From NCBI GenBank assembly GCA_024653945.1, contig JANLIT010000002.1, positions 80,255-144,254 on the forward strand: a DNA stretch of 64,000 nucleotides. The letters run 5' to 3'. Both the position numbers and the translations under genes were made by a program. The notes under the pieces are model-generated. The model worked only from the letters and a program-made list of their open reading frames with translations, did no database searches and had not been told where the DNA came from. Below, one piece after another: positions 31,956-42,105 of the stretch. How positions within the stretch are numbered: position 1 is the stretch's first letter; each line of letters opens with the position of its first letter. The stretch is from Candidatus Campbellbacteria bacterium (lineage in GTDB: Bacteria > Patescibacteriota > Minisyncoccia > Phycocordibacterales > EsbW-18).

Positions 31956-31999
31956 TTTGCAGGAGTCTTGCTTCTGTACAGAAGCAAGACTCCTGCAAA
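31956..31999. repeat. 44-bp perfect palindrome H4 between the pcrA stop and the rsmA start
   Basis: TTTGCAGGAGTCTTGCTTCTG TAC AGAAGCAAGACTCCTGCAAA. Same family as 17603-17646. Confidence 0.6.
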
Positions 32000-32007
32000 A
32001 TAAAAAC

Positions 32008-32808
32008 ATGGCACACCGTGCAAAAAAAGAACTTGGACAAAATTTTTTGAAATCTAAACTTGCGATTAGCAAAATCGTTGAAGTGGCTTCCTTATCCGCA
32101 ACAGACACCGTTCTTGAAATTGGACCAGGCAAGGGAGCACTTACACGAGCACTCCTTGATACTGGATGCACTGTTATTGCAATTGAAAAAGATGGTGAAC
32201 TTATTGTATTGTTGCAAAAAACTTTTGCAGAAGAGATTGCATCAAAAAAACTAACACTGATTCAAGGCGACATTCGCACTGTTGATTTTTCTCATTACCT
32301 GCTACAAGCTACGAGCTACAAGCTCATTGCCAACATTCCCTACTACATCACGGGAGAAATTTTAGAATTATTTCTTGAACACGGACCACAACCAGAACGC
32401 ATTGTGGTACTTGTACAAAAAGAAGTTGCACAACGAATTGTAGCACGTGATAAAAAAGAAAGTATTCTCTCACTGTCGGTGAAAGCGTATGGCACACCGA
32501 AGATTGTGATGAATGTGTCAAAGAAATATTTTTCTCCTGCACCAAAAGTTGATTCGGCCGTGTTGTGCATTTCAGATATTTCAAAAAAGAAATTTGCAGG
32601 TGGTGATGAAAAGAAATTTTTTACACTCGTCAAAGCTGGCTTCGCACACAAACGAAAACAACTCGTCCCGAATCTTGCGAGCCTGGTACCAAAAGAAACG
32701 CTTTCGCGTTTCTTGACGGAGCACGGACACTCCGCGAGGGAGCGTGCGGAGGAATTGTCGGTTGATGATTGGCTTGCGTTATCTCAAACTACAAATCCGA
32801 CCCTGTAA
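32008..32808 (+). CDS. rsmA: 16S rRNA (adenine1518-N6/adenine1519-N6)-dimethyltransferase
   Basis: GQNFL, SAM-binding VLEIGPGKGALT, and NIPY motifs. The start is taken at MAHRAKKELGQNFL. Confidence 0.85.
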   Translation: MAHRAKKELGQNFLKSKLAISKIVEVASLSATDTVLEIGPGKGALTRALLDTGCTVIAIEKDGELIVLLQKTFAEEIASKKLTLIQGDIRTVDFSHYLLQATSYKLIANIPYYITGEILELFLEHGPQPERIVVLVQKEVAQRIVARDKKESILSLSVKAYGTPKIVMNVSKKYFSPAPKVDSAVLCISDISKKKFAGGDEKKFFTLVKAGFAHKRKQLVPNLASLVPKETLSRFLTEHGHSARERAEELSVDDWLALSQTTNPTL

Positions 32809-33922
32809 TAAATGATATAACCCCCATGGTTGGAATAAGAAGTGGCTCACCTTCGTATGTGATATAACAGGTTTGGGTTCCTGGTACATACAATCCTATT
32901 GTCTTCGACGCAAAGGGCATATTCCAGTTCGCATATCCTTGAGCATATGTGTACCCGACCCATGCAGGTGTGAGCATGCCCGGGGGAGCAATGACGATTG
33001 CCCATGTGTCGCTGTAATAACAGAAGAAACGATAATAAATAGTTCCACCAAAAGGAAGTAGGCTGACGGCAAGTGCTTCTTTTGGTTTTAAAATAGTAAC
33101 AACCGACGTTAAGAAGCGAAAAAGGAGGTTCCCTGTTTTTTGTGCTTGAGGAATCGCCCAAGTAATGTCGTCCGAGGACTGTATTAATTCAATAATATCT
33201 TTTTTTGAGTCTTTACGAATTTGGTTCTTAACAGCATCTTTTGTTTTTGAATCCATGTCATTCAAATATCCTCCCTCATCCAAAAAGGCAATGAGTATTT
33301 CAACATTGTTTTCATTTTGATTTTGTACGAGATCCATCACCGCCCTTGTCGTCGGCGGACTCGCAATGGTTTCTGGGACAATCTCCGTATCCTTTCTTGC
33401 CATCAACATCTCTGTATCAGAAATAACCACCAAATTCATGCGCGACACAATACTGGTAAATAGTTCTTTTGTTTTTGCATCTGGGCCCACTTCAGCAGGT
33501 ATAGTACTGCCAGTGCCCATATCTTCAATGACAATAGTAGGTGTATCACTTATAAACGCACGCGTACTTGGACCAAAAAAACCGGTTCCTGACACTAATC
33601 CAGCTGGTATAAGTATTTCTTCGCGATACAGCTCCTGATACCTCCGTACCGCATCAGCGGTCAGCACACCATAATACGACGTTTCATACCCCGGAGACCC
33701 GTCGCCTGCTTCCGCAACATGCGTTACTGTGTTTTGATTCAAAAGTATTTGTAACTGCCACACATCACCACCAGAGTCGCCGAGACGCAGGTTGCGGGAA
33801 AACGTTTCCGCAGAAGCACGGGCGGACAGCAACAAAAAAAATACACCGATAAAAAAACTGGCGCCCAATACCAGACGTGCGCTGGAGGGCGTGCCCCAAA
33901 AAGCCTTTTTGTGCGTGGACAT
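32789..33922 (-). CDS. Secreted protein with an N-terminal peptidoglycan-binding (PG_binding_1-like) domain
   Basis: Signal anchor. GDSGGDVWQLQILLN...GYFGPSTR is the PG-binding repeat. The C-terminal domain is unknown. Confidence 0.5.
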   Translation of the reverse strand: MSTHKKAFWGTPSSARLVLGASFFIGVFFLLLSARASAETFSRNLRLGDSGGDVWQLQILLNQNTVTHVAEAGDGSPGYETSYYGVLTADAVRRYQELYREEILIPAGLVSGTGFFGPSTRAFISDTPTIVIEDMGTGSTIPAEVGPDAKTKELFTSIVSRMNLVVISDTEMLMARKDTEIVPETIASPPTTRAVMDLVQNQNENNVEILIAFLDEGGYLNDMDSKTKDAVKNQIRKDSKKDIIELIQSSDDITWAIPQAQKTGNLLFRFLTSVVTILKPKEALAVSLLPFGGTIYYRFFCYYSDTWAIVIAPPGMLTPAWVGYTYAQGYANWNMPFASKTIGLYVPGTQTCYITYEGEPLLIPTMGVISFITGSDL

Positions 33923-33980
33923 ATATATAGTATAGCGTAGAATAAAGGATGATAATACGTGGGGTATACACTTTTATTCT

Positions 33981-34970
33981 ATGCAACCTGATTCTTTTTT
34001 ACACAAACCAAGCAAACGTATTTTTGCCCTCGGAATAATTGCTATCGCGGTGATTGCTTCTGTTGTTCTTTTTAAAATAAAACCATCAACCACCCAACAG
34101 GGCGTGCTCAAAAATGAGGTGGTAAGCGGTACCATTGTTACCGAAATAGATTCTGATGCAGACGGACTCAAAGATTGGGAGGAGGCACTTTGGGGTACCG
34201 ACCCAAAAATGACGGACTCGAATGGAGATGGAATTGGTGACCTTGCAGAAGTGCGAAATAAAAAAATCGAAATACAGACGACACGAGAACAAATTCTTAA
34301 TTCTGCAACGAGCAGTATGTTTTCTTATTTTGAACAGGGTACAAACATCACCAAAACCGATGCTCTTTCTCGAGCACTCTTTGAACAAGTTATTGCATTT
34401 AAAACTGCGGGAATTCCTCTCACGAAAGAAGATGCAATACACATCGCTTCAACGCTCGGAAGTGTGATTGAACAGGCACCAGACACAAACCAGAAACAAT
34501 TTCAATTAAGCAACCTCAGTATTATTGAAACACCAACCACTGCACAGTTACATACCTATGGAAACACTGTTGCAGGAGCGCTTAAGGTTACTGTGTCCGA
34601 ACAAAATAACGAATTTTTTGTATTTGAAGAGTTTGCAAAAACAGGAAACGTTGCCTCTTTTGTAAAACTGAGCCCCGTTATTCAGCACTACAAAGATGTT
34701 GTTGCCAAGCTACGCGGTATTGCCACCCCACGAGACATTTCCGCAAGCTACCTTGATTTTATTAATACAACACAAATAACAGCAACTATACTTGGACAAC
34801 TTCAGACCGCCTCCGTCGACTCCGTGGCTATTATTCCCGTGTTACAAACATACCAAACAAACTACGACGCCCGAGTTGCCGCACTTCGTGCCATTAAAAC
34901 GTATCTTGTTGCGCAAAATATCACCTATACCGACTTTGAAGACGGGTTTTTACTTGTTACTATGGACTAG
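33981..34970 (+). CDS. Hypothetical N-terminally anchored protein, first gene of the T4SS-like cluster
   Basis: N-terminal TM helix IFALGIIAIAVIASVVLF. No recognisable domain. Confidence 0.4.
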   Translation: MQPDSFLHKPSKRIFALGIIAIAVIASVVLFKIKPSTTQQGVLKNEVVSGTIVTEIDSDADGLKDWEEALWGTDPKMTDSNGDGIGDLAEVRNKKIEIQTTREQILNSATSSMFSYFEQGTNITKTDALSRALFEQVIAFKTAGIPLTKEDAIHIASTLGSVIEQAPDTNQKQFQLSNLSIIETPTTAQLHTYGNTVAGALKVTVSEQNNEFFVFEEFAKTGNVASFVKLSPVIQHYKDVVAKLRGIATPRDISASYLDFINTTQITATILGQLQTASVDSVAIIPVLQTYQTNYDARVAALRAIKTYLVAQNITYTDFEDGFLLVTMD

Positions 34971-34978
34971 TTCTGTAC

Positions 34979-37900
34979 ATGTTCTCTCATTTTTATACAA
35001 AAATAGTCGTTACTCTCCTCGTTGTGCTTTTTGTCATAACACCCGTTGGTTTATCTCTTTCTACGGGCATGCAAGTACAACGTGTCCAAGCAGGATCACT
35101 GCCTCTTGGCGAGCTTGGTAAGGGCTTTGTTTCCACGGTTGCAGCGTGTGCTATAACTGCATTTATAATGAAATATGTATCTGGTGTTGTTGCAATTTTG
35201 CCATCTGCGACAGTGCCCGCAGGAACGGCGGAAACTCCTGTGAAAAAAATGCTTGACTGTATTCTCTATGGTGTTGTAAACGTAATTATTGAGGACATGA
35301 TAAAGAGCATCACGAGGTGGGCACAGAGTGGGTTTGAAGGAAACCCCGTGTTTGTTACTCAATTGGACTCCTACATGCGCGATGTTGTTGATAAACAGAT
35401 AGGGTTATATCTTGAAAGCAAAATTCCACTGCTTTGTTCTCCGTTTAAACTTGATGTCCAGCTCGCCCTCATGCAGTCATACCAAACAAGTTCCGGGAGA
35501 TATCAAGGGAGCTGTTCGCTCACAGAGGCGGTTGGGAACGTTGAGGGATTTCTTGGTGGAAACTTTTATGACGGTGGCTGGAATGGGTGGGTAGATTTGG
35601 TAAGCAACCCATACAGCAATCCCTACGGCTCATACCTTGAAGCGGACAGAGAGATGAAAATAAAAATCTTAGCAACTACAGATAAACAAACAAAAGATAT
35701 AGCCCAAGGGGCGGGGTACTTGTCTAAGCAGGTGCAACAGTGTTATGCGATGGTTGACGGGACAAGGGTTGATATGACAGCAGAGGATTATGAAAACGCC
35801 AATACTCCCGCTGGTGCAGATGATGTTGGTTGTGATGAACCACGGACAGTCACCCCTGGTTCATATATTCAAGAGCAGGTTGCAAAGACAACTGGACTTT
35901 CTATGGAGCGACTGTCTTTTGCAGATGAACTTAATGAAATGATAACGGCCATTGTTGCCTTCTTGGTACGCGATGTTCTTCTCGGAGAAAAAGGTCTTGC
36001 GGGATACGACCCGAACGATTTCCTCGACGACACATATCCAGACCTTCCAAGTCTTGATGAGATTGAAATACCTGGGGTTGATACGGGTGGTGATTTTCAA
36101 ATGTGTTTGCCAGAAAATTTGTGGGAAATATACCCACTTTCCGATGGAGTACCTGGTCAAGCGATAAGAATTCCATCAAGCCAATACCCTGCAACTGGCT
36201 TGCCATTTACCTCAACGCCTTCAAACCCAAGCTTAGAGATTCCTATCAACATGGGCGTAAAACAAAACTACTCACGTGTACAAATTTCGTTTACTGTAAC
36301 CGTTGGTGACCAATATCAATGTGTTCCGGTCGATCCACCCACACCCGAATGTCCGGTATCTCTTGGTGACCAATACAATGTTTTTTGGCTTCACAGAGAT
36401 ACGGGTTGGGGGCAAAACGATGTGGTTGAACTTGTTTCAAGACAACACGGAGGACAACTGGCCTTTAAGACAAGTGTTAATCTAGTCAATGGAAGTCCTT
36501 GTGCGGCAACACTAAACAATGGTTCTCGTTTTTCTTTTGTTGCTGGTCAGACATATCGCGTTGAAGTAGATTACAACCCGGGCCTAAGGGGTTTTGAGTC
36601 CGGCGCTTTTGGCCAAATGTCGTTAAAAATTAATGGCTCTGCTGTTGCAAGCCTAAACACCGGCACTAACGGCCAGGGTATTAATGTGTTGCAGAGTAAT
36701 CCTCCTTTTGGAAAACATAAGGGCAAGGGTGGTTTTAAAATAGTGCTCGGTGGTGCAGAAAATGCTGAGGGTAATGAGGGTGCCCCCTATGGTTGGACAT
36801 GGAGAGATCTGAATGTTGTATTTACACCCGGTCCGGCAACCACCGCGGATAGTGGTGATGATGATGGCAGCGGTTGTGTTCCTTGGGGAACAACAACGTG
36901 TGAAGGCCCTGTTCCAACAGCAACACTCACCGCAACAAGCCCAGTGAACTCTGGAACTCCCACAACTATTTCGTGGAGTTCAACGGACGCAACATCGTGT
37001 GACGTAACGCAGGGCTCAAATGCAGGATTTTCTACTGGTAGCGCACTATCAGGAAGCGATACCTCGTTTAATCTCACCGCAACTACAACGTTTGCAATTC
37101 GCTGTAGAGGAACGGGTGGGGCAGCAAACAAAAGTGCAACTGTTACTATCGGTGGTGCACCAACAGCAACCCTCACCGCTTCTCCAAACCCCGTAAACCC
37201 ACAAAGCCCAACAATACTGACGTGGAGTTCCACTGGTGCAACAGCGTGTTCAGTAACAGCGGGCTCAGATTCAGGATTTGAAATCGTCGGCAGTGCACCT
37301 TCGGGAAGTGATGACTCAGACGACCTTATAGCTTCGGCAACAACATTTGCAATTCTCTGTACAGGAACAGGCGGAACGGCCACCGCAAGTGTTGTTGTTA
37401 ATGCTGACGCAACACCGACGCCACTACGACTCTTTATTGACGATCGCGACACCCCCGGACAGATGGAACTCTATAAAGAAGCGAGTTCTGGAATCACGAA
37501 ACTCTCTGGACCACTTGTGGCCGACGGAAACGTACTCTTCTTTAAGGTCTCGCAGAATGGCCGGTACGTGGCGTACAGTGCCAGTGCTCGTAATTACCTA
37601 GACTATGAACTGTACACCGTGCCAATCACGGGTGGTGCTGTTACGCGCATTAGCCACACCTTGCCGTTTGACTATGATGTGAAGAATTTTGATTTCTCGC
37701 CAGACGGTCAGCGTGTCGTCTACCAAGCAGGCCGAACATCTATTGGGTTGTGGGAGCTGTTCTCCACACCAAGCGCGAGCGCTGGAGCACTGCGTATCAG
37801 CCAACAAATGGACGCTGGCGAGAATGTGCAGGTACAGCCAGGACAGGAAGAGTTTAAAATAAGTTGTGATAGTGAAACGGTCTACTTCCTCGCCGACACA

Positions 37901-38008
37901 ACGGCAACAGAAGTATATGAGGCATACTCGGTGCCCATCGGTGGTGGCACGATTACACTAATTCCAGGAGGTCAGTTGCCGGTGTTTCCATGTGTGGTTC
38001 CTTTTTAG
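34979..38008 (+). CDS. Large (1009 aa) membrane-anchored surface protein with two ~85-aa Ig-like repeats
   Basis: N-terminal TM. Repeats PTATLTATSPVNSGTPTTISWSSTDATSCDVTQGS...AIRCRGTGGAANKSATV and APTATLTASPNPVNPQSPTILTWSSTGATACSVTAGS...AILCTGTGGTATASVVV. Confidence 0.5.
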   Translation: MFSHFYTKIVVTLLVVLFVITPVGLSLSTGMQVQRVQAGSLPLGELGKGFVSTVAACAITAFIMKYVSGVVAILPSATVPAGTAETPVKKMLDCILYGVVNVIIEDMIKSITRWAQSGFEGNPVFVTQLDSYMRDVVDKQIGLYLESKIPLLCSPFKLDVQLALMQSYQTSSGRYQGSCSLTEAVGNVEGFLGGNFYDGGWNGWVDLVSNPYSNPYGSYLEADREMKIKILATTDKQTKDIAQGAGYLSKQVQQCYAMVDGTRVDMTAEDYENANTPAGADDVGCDEPRTVTPGSYIQEQVAKTTGLSMERLSFADELNEMITAIVAFLVRDVLLGEKGLAGYDPNDFLDDTYPDLPSLDEIEIPGVDTGGDFQMCLPENLWEIYPLSDGVPGQAIRIPSSQYPATGLPFTSTPSNPSLEIPINMGVKQNYSRVQISFTVTVGDQYQCVPVDPPTPECPVSLGDQYNVFWLHRDTGWGQNDVVELVSRQHGGQLAFKTSVNLVNGSPCAATLNNGSRFSFVAGQTYRVEVDYNPGLRGFESGAFGQMSLKINGSAVASLNTGTNGQGINVLQSNPPFGKHKGKGGFKIVLGGAENAEGNEGAPYGWTWRDLNVVFTPGPATTADSGDDDGSGCVPWGTTTCEGPVPTATLTATSPVNSGTPTTISWSSTDATSCDVTQGSNAGFSTGSALSGSDTSFNLTATTTFAIRCRGTGGAANKSATVTIGGAPTATLTASPNPVNPQSPTILTWSSTGATACSVTAGSDSGFEIVGSAPSGSDDSDDLIASATTFAILCTGTGGTATASVVVNADATPTPLRLFIDDRDTPGQMELYKEASSGITKLSGPLVADGNVLFFKVSQNGRYVAYSASARNYLDYELYTVPITGGAVTRISHTLPFDYDVKNFDFSPDGQRVVYQAGRTSIGLWELFSTPSASAGALRISQQMDAGENVQVQPGQEEFKISCDSETVYFLADTTATEVYEAYSVPIGGGTITLIPGGQLPVFPCVVPF

Positions 38009-38050
38009 GTGGAGTTTTAAGATTGGGGTGGTACGGTTGAGGTACATAAA

Positions 38051-40435
38051 ATGAAGCAAATCAAAAAGTGTGTAACTCTAAAAAATATGTTCACGTGGGG
38101 TAAAAAAAATCCAAGTCCAGAACTTTGCCAAGCGACATTATCTCGCGGGGCAAAAAGCGCGCAAAAAAAGTGCTGGATTAAGTTTGTGTTGCCACTTCTG
38201 TTTGTGGTTGCTGTTCTTACCACATTCTCCGTACCAACCCAGGCACACGCATACGAATGTGACCCGCCACGAGAAGGTTACGTGGACATGCACATGGGTT
38301 CTGGGTGTGTACTTCTTCCAGACAATCCTAACCTTGAGGGGACGGGCGCAGAGGACAAAGAAAGTGGTGGCTTTTGGGATATCATAACAAAGCCAAGAAT
38401 CCTTGTTGCGTGGATACTTTATATTGTTCTTGAAATACTTGGAATACTTCTTGCGGTAAGTGGTGCTCTTTTAGATTTCAGTATTCAGTTCTCCATAGTA
38501 AACATGAGTCAGTTTATTTCCGGAACAAACGGAATAAATGAGGGTTGGACAATTATCCGAGACCTCATGAATATTGTCTTTGTGTTTGCACTTCTCTTTG
38601 TGGGAATTAATACCATACTTGGTTCATGGTCTAGTTCATCTTTCAACACAAAACTCATTCCCAAAATTCTCTTGGCCGCCCTGTTTATCAACTTCAGCAT
38701 GATGATTACCAAGGTTGTTATAGACACATCAAACATTCTCACTCTTGAACTTTATGTTGCTACGAAAAAAATCTCTGAACCCGTAGCAGGTGTTACACCT
38801 CCTGAGGGTATTAACATGAATACTACGGGACTTGCGGGGGGGATAATGAACAGCCTGCACATGACCTCTTTTCTAAATGGAAAACTCACAAAAGAGGGGA
38901 GGGCTGTCGCAATACCCGACTCGGCAGATAGAAGTTTGTTGACCAATGTGACCATGGGAATCATTGTTGTGCTCGTTGCCATGTTTATTTTTCTCATCAT
39001 GGCATTTATGTTCTTGGCGCGAATGGTTATTTTTATTATTTTGATAGTTACCTCACCAATAGCATTTATGGGGGGGCTTATTCCTCAGCTCAAATCTCAA
39101 GCGGATAAGTGGTGGGAAGCGTTGTGGGGTCAAGCATTTTTTGCTCCAATCTTTTTTGCAATGCTCTTAGTGGTATTCAAAATACTTAATGACCCCCATT
39201 TTCAAGATTTTGCAGCCCGTCCCCTTGATCCTAATGGTACTGGTATTGAGGGTCTTGATTTATCAAACTTTGTTGCTGGCAGCGCTGAAGTTATTGTTAA
39301 ATATATCATCGTCATCTACCTCCTTGTTACTGCACTCATTGTTGCTAAAAAAGTTTCAAGTGATGCAGGAAAGGGTGCTGCTGGTTTGGGTTCAAAACTG
39401 GCGGGTGGCGCAATATTTGGAGGCGGAGCACTTCTCGCCCGACAAACACTTGGACGCGCCGGAGAAGGGTTGGCAAAATCTGGGAGGGTTGGAAGGTTGG
39501 CAGAGTCAACAAACCCATTCATAAAACGTGTTGGCCAATCACTCTCTGCGGCAGGAAACTGGACACAAAAGGCAAGTTTTGATACACGGGGTCTCAAAGC
39601 TGCCGCTAGCCTTGATGCTGGAAAAGCTGCTGGTGAAGGTGGTCTGATTGGTAGACGCGAAGCACGAAGTAAGGGGAAGGAGGAGCGTCTTACTATGTAC
39701 GCAAAGAACAGAGCAATAGCAGGACAAGAGGTGGCAGTACGAGAAGCCGAGGCAGATGTTTCGAAGAAAACGAAAGAGGGCGCAAGTGACGATGACATAA
39801 AGAAGGCAAATGACAATCTTGCTATACAGAAAAGCGCGCTTGTTGAAATGAGGGGTGGCCCATCAAAAGAGCGCAGAGAACTTGCTGAAGCAAGTGCAAA
39901 GCTTACTCTTGCAGAAGAAACAGAGCTTAACACTACAATGAAAATAATTGCACTGCGAAAAGAATATATTGAAGACCTTGAAAACCGAAGAGACATTGCA
40001 AAAGAGGGTTCAGATGAGAAGAGGAAGCTTGAAGAGGAAGTAACAGACGCCAAGAAAAACCTTGAGGAATACAAGAACGGTATAAAAGGTGCGGATGGCA
40101 CGGTGACTGGGGCTAAATCAAAAAACATATTGGATGTGATTGGACTAATGGAGACACGGGGCAAAATTGAAAAAGCCCAAAAAACCACCACCGCAACGGC
40201 CCTACGAAAATTGGGTGAGGAGTATGCTACTTCAGTAGTTGTAGCAACACATGATGCGGGAGTAAGAGTAATACGAAAAGGACTAGAGGACTCAGAAAAA
40301 GGTAGTCTCGCCAAAGAAATCGCAAAGTTGAAGGCGGAAAAAAAGGACGCGAAAGAACCTGAAGTGAAGACACCGGCACCGGCGGCGCCGGGGGGACCAG
40401 TGCCACAGCTAGGAAACCCACACAGCCCAGAATAG
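38051..40435 (+). CDS. VirB6/TrbL-like polytopic membrane protein with a long charged coiled-coil C-terminus (794 aa)
   Basis: 6-7 predicted TM helices in the first 450 aa. The K/E-rich C-terminal half. Its position beside the VirB4 and PrgI-like genes supports the call. Confidence 0.4.
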   Translation: MKQIKKCVTLKNMFTWGKKNPSPELCQATLSRGAKSAQKKCWIKFVLPLLFVVAVLTTFSVPTQAHAYECDPPREGYVDMHMGSGCVLLPDNPNLEGTGAEDKESGGFWDIITKPRILVAWILYIVLEILGILLAVSGALLDFSIQFSIVNMSQFISGTNGINEGWTIIRDLMNIVFVFALLFVGINTILGSWSSSSFNTKLIPKILLAALFINFSMMITKVVIDTSNILTLELYVATKKISEPVAGVTPPEGINMNTTGLAGGIMNSLHMTSFLNGKLTKEGRAVAIPDSADRSLLTNVTMGIIVVLVAMFIFLIMAFMFLARMVIFIILIVTSPIAFMGGLIPQLKSQADKWWEALWGQAFFAPIFFAMLLVVFKILNDPHFQDFAARPLDPNGTGIEGLDLSNFVAGSAEVIVKYIIVIYLLVTALIVAKKVSSDAGKGAAGLGSKLAGGAIFGGGALLARQTLGRAGEGLAKSGRVGRLAESTNPFIKRVGQSLSAAGNWTQKASFDTRGLKAAASLDAGKAAGEGGLIGRREARSKGKEERLTMYAKNRAIAGQEVAVREAEADVSKKTKEGASDDDIKKANDNLAIQKSALVEMRGGPSKERRELAEASAKLTLAEETELNTTMKIIALRKEYIEDLENRRDIAKEGSDEKRKLEEEVTDAKKNLEEYKNGIKGADGTVTGAKSKNILDVIGLMETRGKIEKAQKTTTATALRKLGEEYATSVVVATHDAGVRVIRKGLEDSEKGSLAKEIAKLKAEKKDAKEPEVKTPAPAAPGGPVPQLGNPHSPE

Positions 40436-40445
40436 AGGGAGATCT

Positions 40446-41108
40446 GTGGTGGTTAATATAGTACATTGTATGAACGAAGAATCTCAAAAAATCATCAAAG
40501 AAAAATTTGCCCAGCTTCCTCCTGCTTTACAAAAAGCATTTACGGAGATTGATCTTTTGGGTCGTGTGCGAAATATCATAACCAAAAATAATCTGCGAGT
40601 GGACGACGGGGGGTTGTTTGAGGATGAGGTTATGTTTATATTACTTGGTTTAGAGCATCCAAATAACTTTATTGCGAACCTTACCACCCGACTGCATGTT
40701 CCCCTTATCACTATTGAAAAACTTGTTATTGATGTAGAGAAGGAAGTTTTTCTTCCTGTGAGAGAGTCCTTGATGAAGATGTTTCCAACTGGGGAACACG
40801 GAGCAACCCCCGAAAAACTACCTGTCGCACCAGCAACGTCTCAACAACACTCCCCAACCGTTATCTACCCGCAAAAACCCGCCGTACAAGCACCAGTATC
40901 ACAAGCGGTACCTCCTGCAAATCTTCCAATCACACCACAACCACAGACAGCCCCTGGACTAACCCGCACACTTCCAAAAGATATTGTACAAACAAAACTT
41001 GAACAAAGTTTCCGCATGCCTCCAACAACGACAACCATTAAAGAAAGTACGCCACCAACACCTGTGACACAAAAGGTGGTAGATCCGTACCGCGAACCAA
41101 CTGAGTGA
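40446..41108 (+). CDS. Hypothetical protein with a Pro/Thr/Gln-rich C-terminus (alternative start at 40470)
   Basis: The ORF track starts at GTG 40446. The first ATG (MNEESQK) is at 40470. Confidence 0.4.
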   Translation: MVVNIVHCMNEESQKIIKEKFAQLPPALQKAFTEIDLLGRVRNIITKNNLRVDDGGLFEDEVMFILLGLEHPNNFIANLTTRLHVPLITIEKLVIDVEKEVFLPVRESLMKMFPTGEHGATPEKLPVAPATSQQHSPTVIYPQKPAVQAPVSQAVPPANLPITPQPQTAPGLTRTLPKDIVQTKLEQSFRMPPTTTTIKESTPPTPVTQKVVDPYREPTE

Positions 41109-41196
41109 CATGTAGCATGTAGCACGAAGCATGTAACATGTAGCTTGAAACAAGAAGTTTTAGAAAAAATTTAGGACAGGGAGTTATTGTATACTG

Positions 41197-41559
41197 GTGA
41201 ACAAAAACTCACCGGAAACATTTCATCAAAAACTTCAAACATTGATGTACTCTTTTGTGCACAGTGTCTATGATGCAACTAAAACATTCCCCGGAGACGA
41301 GATTTTTGGTGTAACAAGTCAACTGCGTCGAGCAACACTATCTGTTGCCCTAAATTATACAGAGGGATACGCTCGTCATGGTAAAAGGGAGCTTGCTCAT
41401 TTTCTTAAGATTTCTTATGGCTCACTCAAAGAATCCATGTATCTTGTGCAGTTTGCTAAAGACAGAGAGTGGATATCTCTAGAAACACATCAAAAACTGT
41501 ACCAAATGGGGGATGAGATTGGTAAAATGTTGTGGTCAAGTTTTTCACATATGACATAA
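41197..41559 (+). CDS. Four-helix-bundle protein (23S rRNA intervening-sequence protein family)
   Basis: FHQKLQTLMYSFVHSVYDATKTFPGDEIFGVTSQLRRATLSVALNYTEGYAR...LKISYGSLKESMYLVQFAKD matches the TIGR02436-type family. Confidence 0.6.
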   Translation: MNKNSPETFHQKLQTLMYSFVHSVYDATKTFPGDEIFGVTSQLRRATLSVALNYTEGYARHGKRELAHFLKISYGSLKESMYLVQFAKDREWISLETHQKLYQMGDEIGKMLWSSFSHMT

Positions 41560-41605
41560 GATATATAACGTGTATCATGTAGCATATAATGCACAACAAA
41601 AATAT

Positions 41606-41633
41606 GTTACATGTTTCGTGTTACATGTTTCGT
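41606..41633 (+). repeat. Tandem 14-bp direct repeat GTTACATGTTTCGT x2, immediately upstream of the PrgI-like gene
   Basis: 41606-41619 and 41620-41633 are identical. Related CATGTAGC/CATGTAAC motifs cluster at 41109-41150 and 41576-41590, flanking the four-helix-bundle gene. Confidence 0.55.
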
Positions 41634-41641
41634 GTCCTACC

Positions 41642-42064
41642 ATGAAATTTGAAGTCCCTCAATTCATTGACATAGAAGACAAGGTGTTCGGACCACTCAC
41701 CTTTAAACAGTTCATCTATCTTGCGGGTAGTGCTGGTCTTTCGGTGGTTATTTGGGTTTTTCTACCACTTCTTCTTGCCATTCCACTTATTGGTGTTGTT
41801 GTCGGACTTGGTGTTGCGCTTGCATTCTATAAAGTGAACAACGAACCATTTATTGCTCTCATTGAGTCAGCGCTTCGATACTCTCTCGGGCATAAACTGT
41901 ATATTTGGAAAAAAATGCCGAAAAAAGTTACCAAAGAAAAAGAAGATGGCACACAGGAGTCCGGTATGCTTGTTCCCCGCATCGCAGATAGTAAGTTGCG
42001 CGACCTTGCGTGGAGTTTGGATGTACACGATTCACTCAATGGGGGCGGGGAATCACCACTGTAA
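41642..42064 (+). CDS. PrgI-like (VirB3-analog) small membrane protein
   Basis: MKFEVPQFIDIEDKVFGPLTFKQFIYLAGSAGLSVVIWVFLPLLLAIPLIGVVVGL shows the Gram-positive-type PrgI pattern: N-terminal amphipathic segment, GPLT, two TM helices. Confidence 0.4.
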   Translation: MKFEVPQFIDIEDKVFGPLTFKQFIYLAGSAGLSVVIWVFLPLLLAIPLIGVVVGLGVALAFYKVNNEPFIALIESALRYSLGHKLYIWKKMPKKVTKEKEDGTQESGMLVPRIADSKLRDLAWSLDVHDSLNGGGESPL

Positions 42065-42105
42065 GTGTTGGTGAGACGCACTTTCTCGGCTACAATATAT
42101 ACATT

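Noticed and set aside
39316-40314. 332-aa minus-strand ORF antisense to the VirB6-like gene
   Set aside because: It is a Ser/Ala/Pro-rich low-complexity translation of the antisense strand of a well-supported gene.
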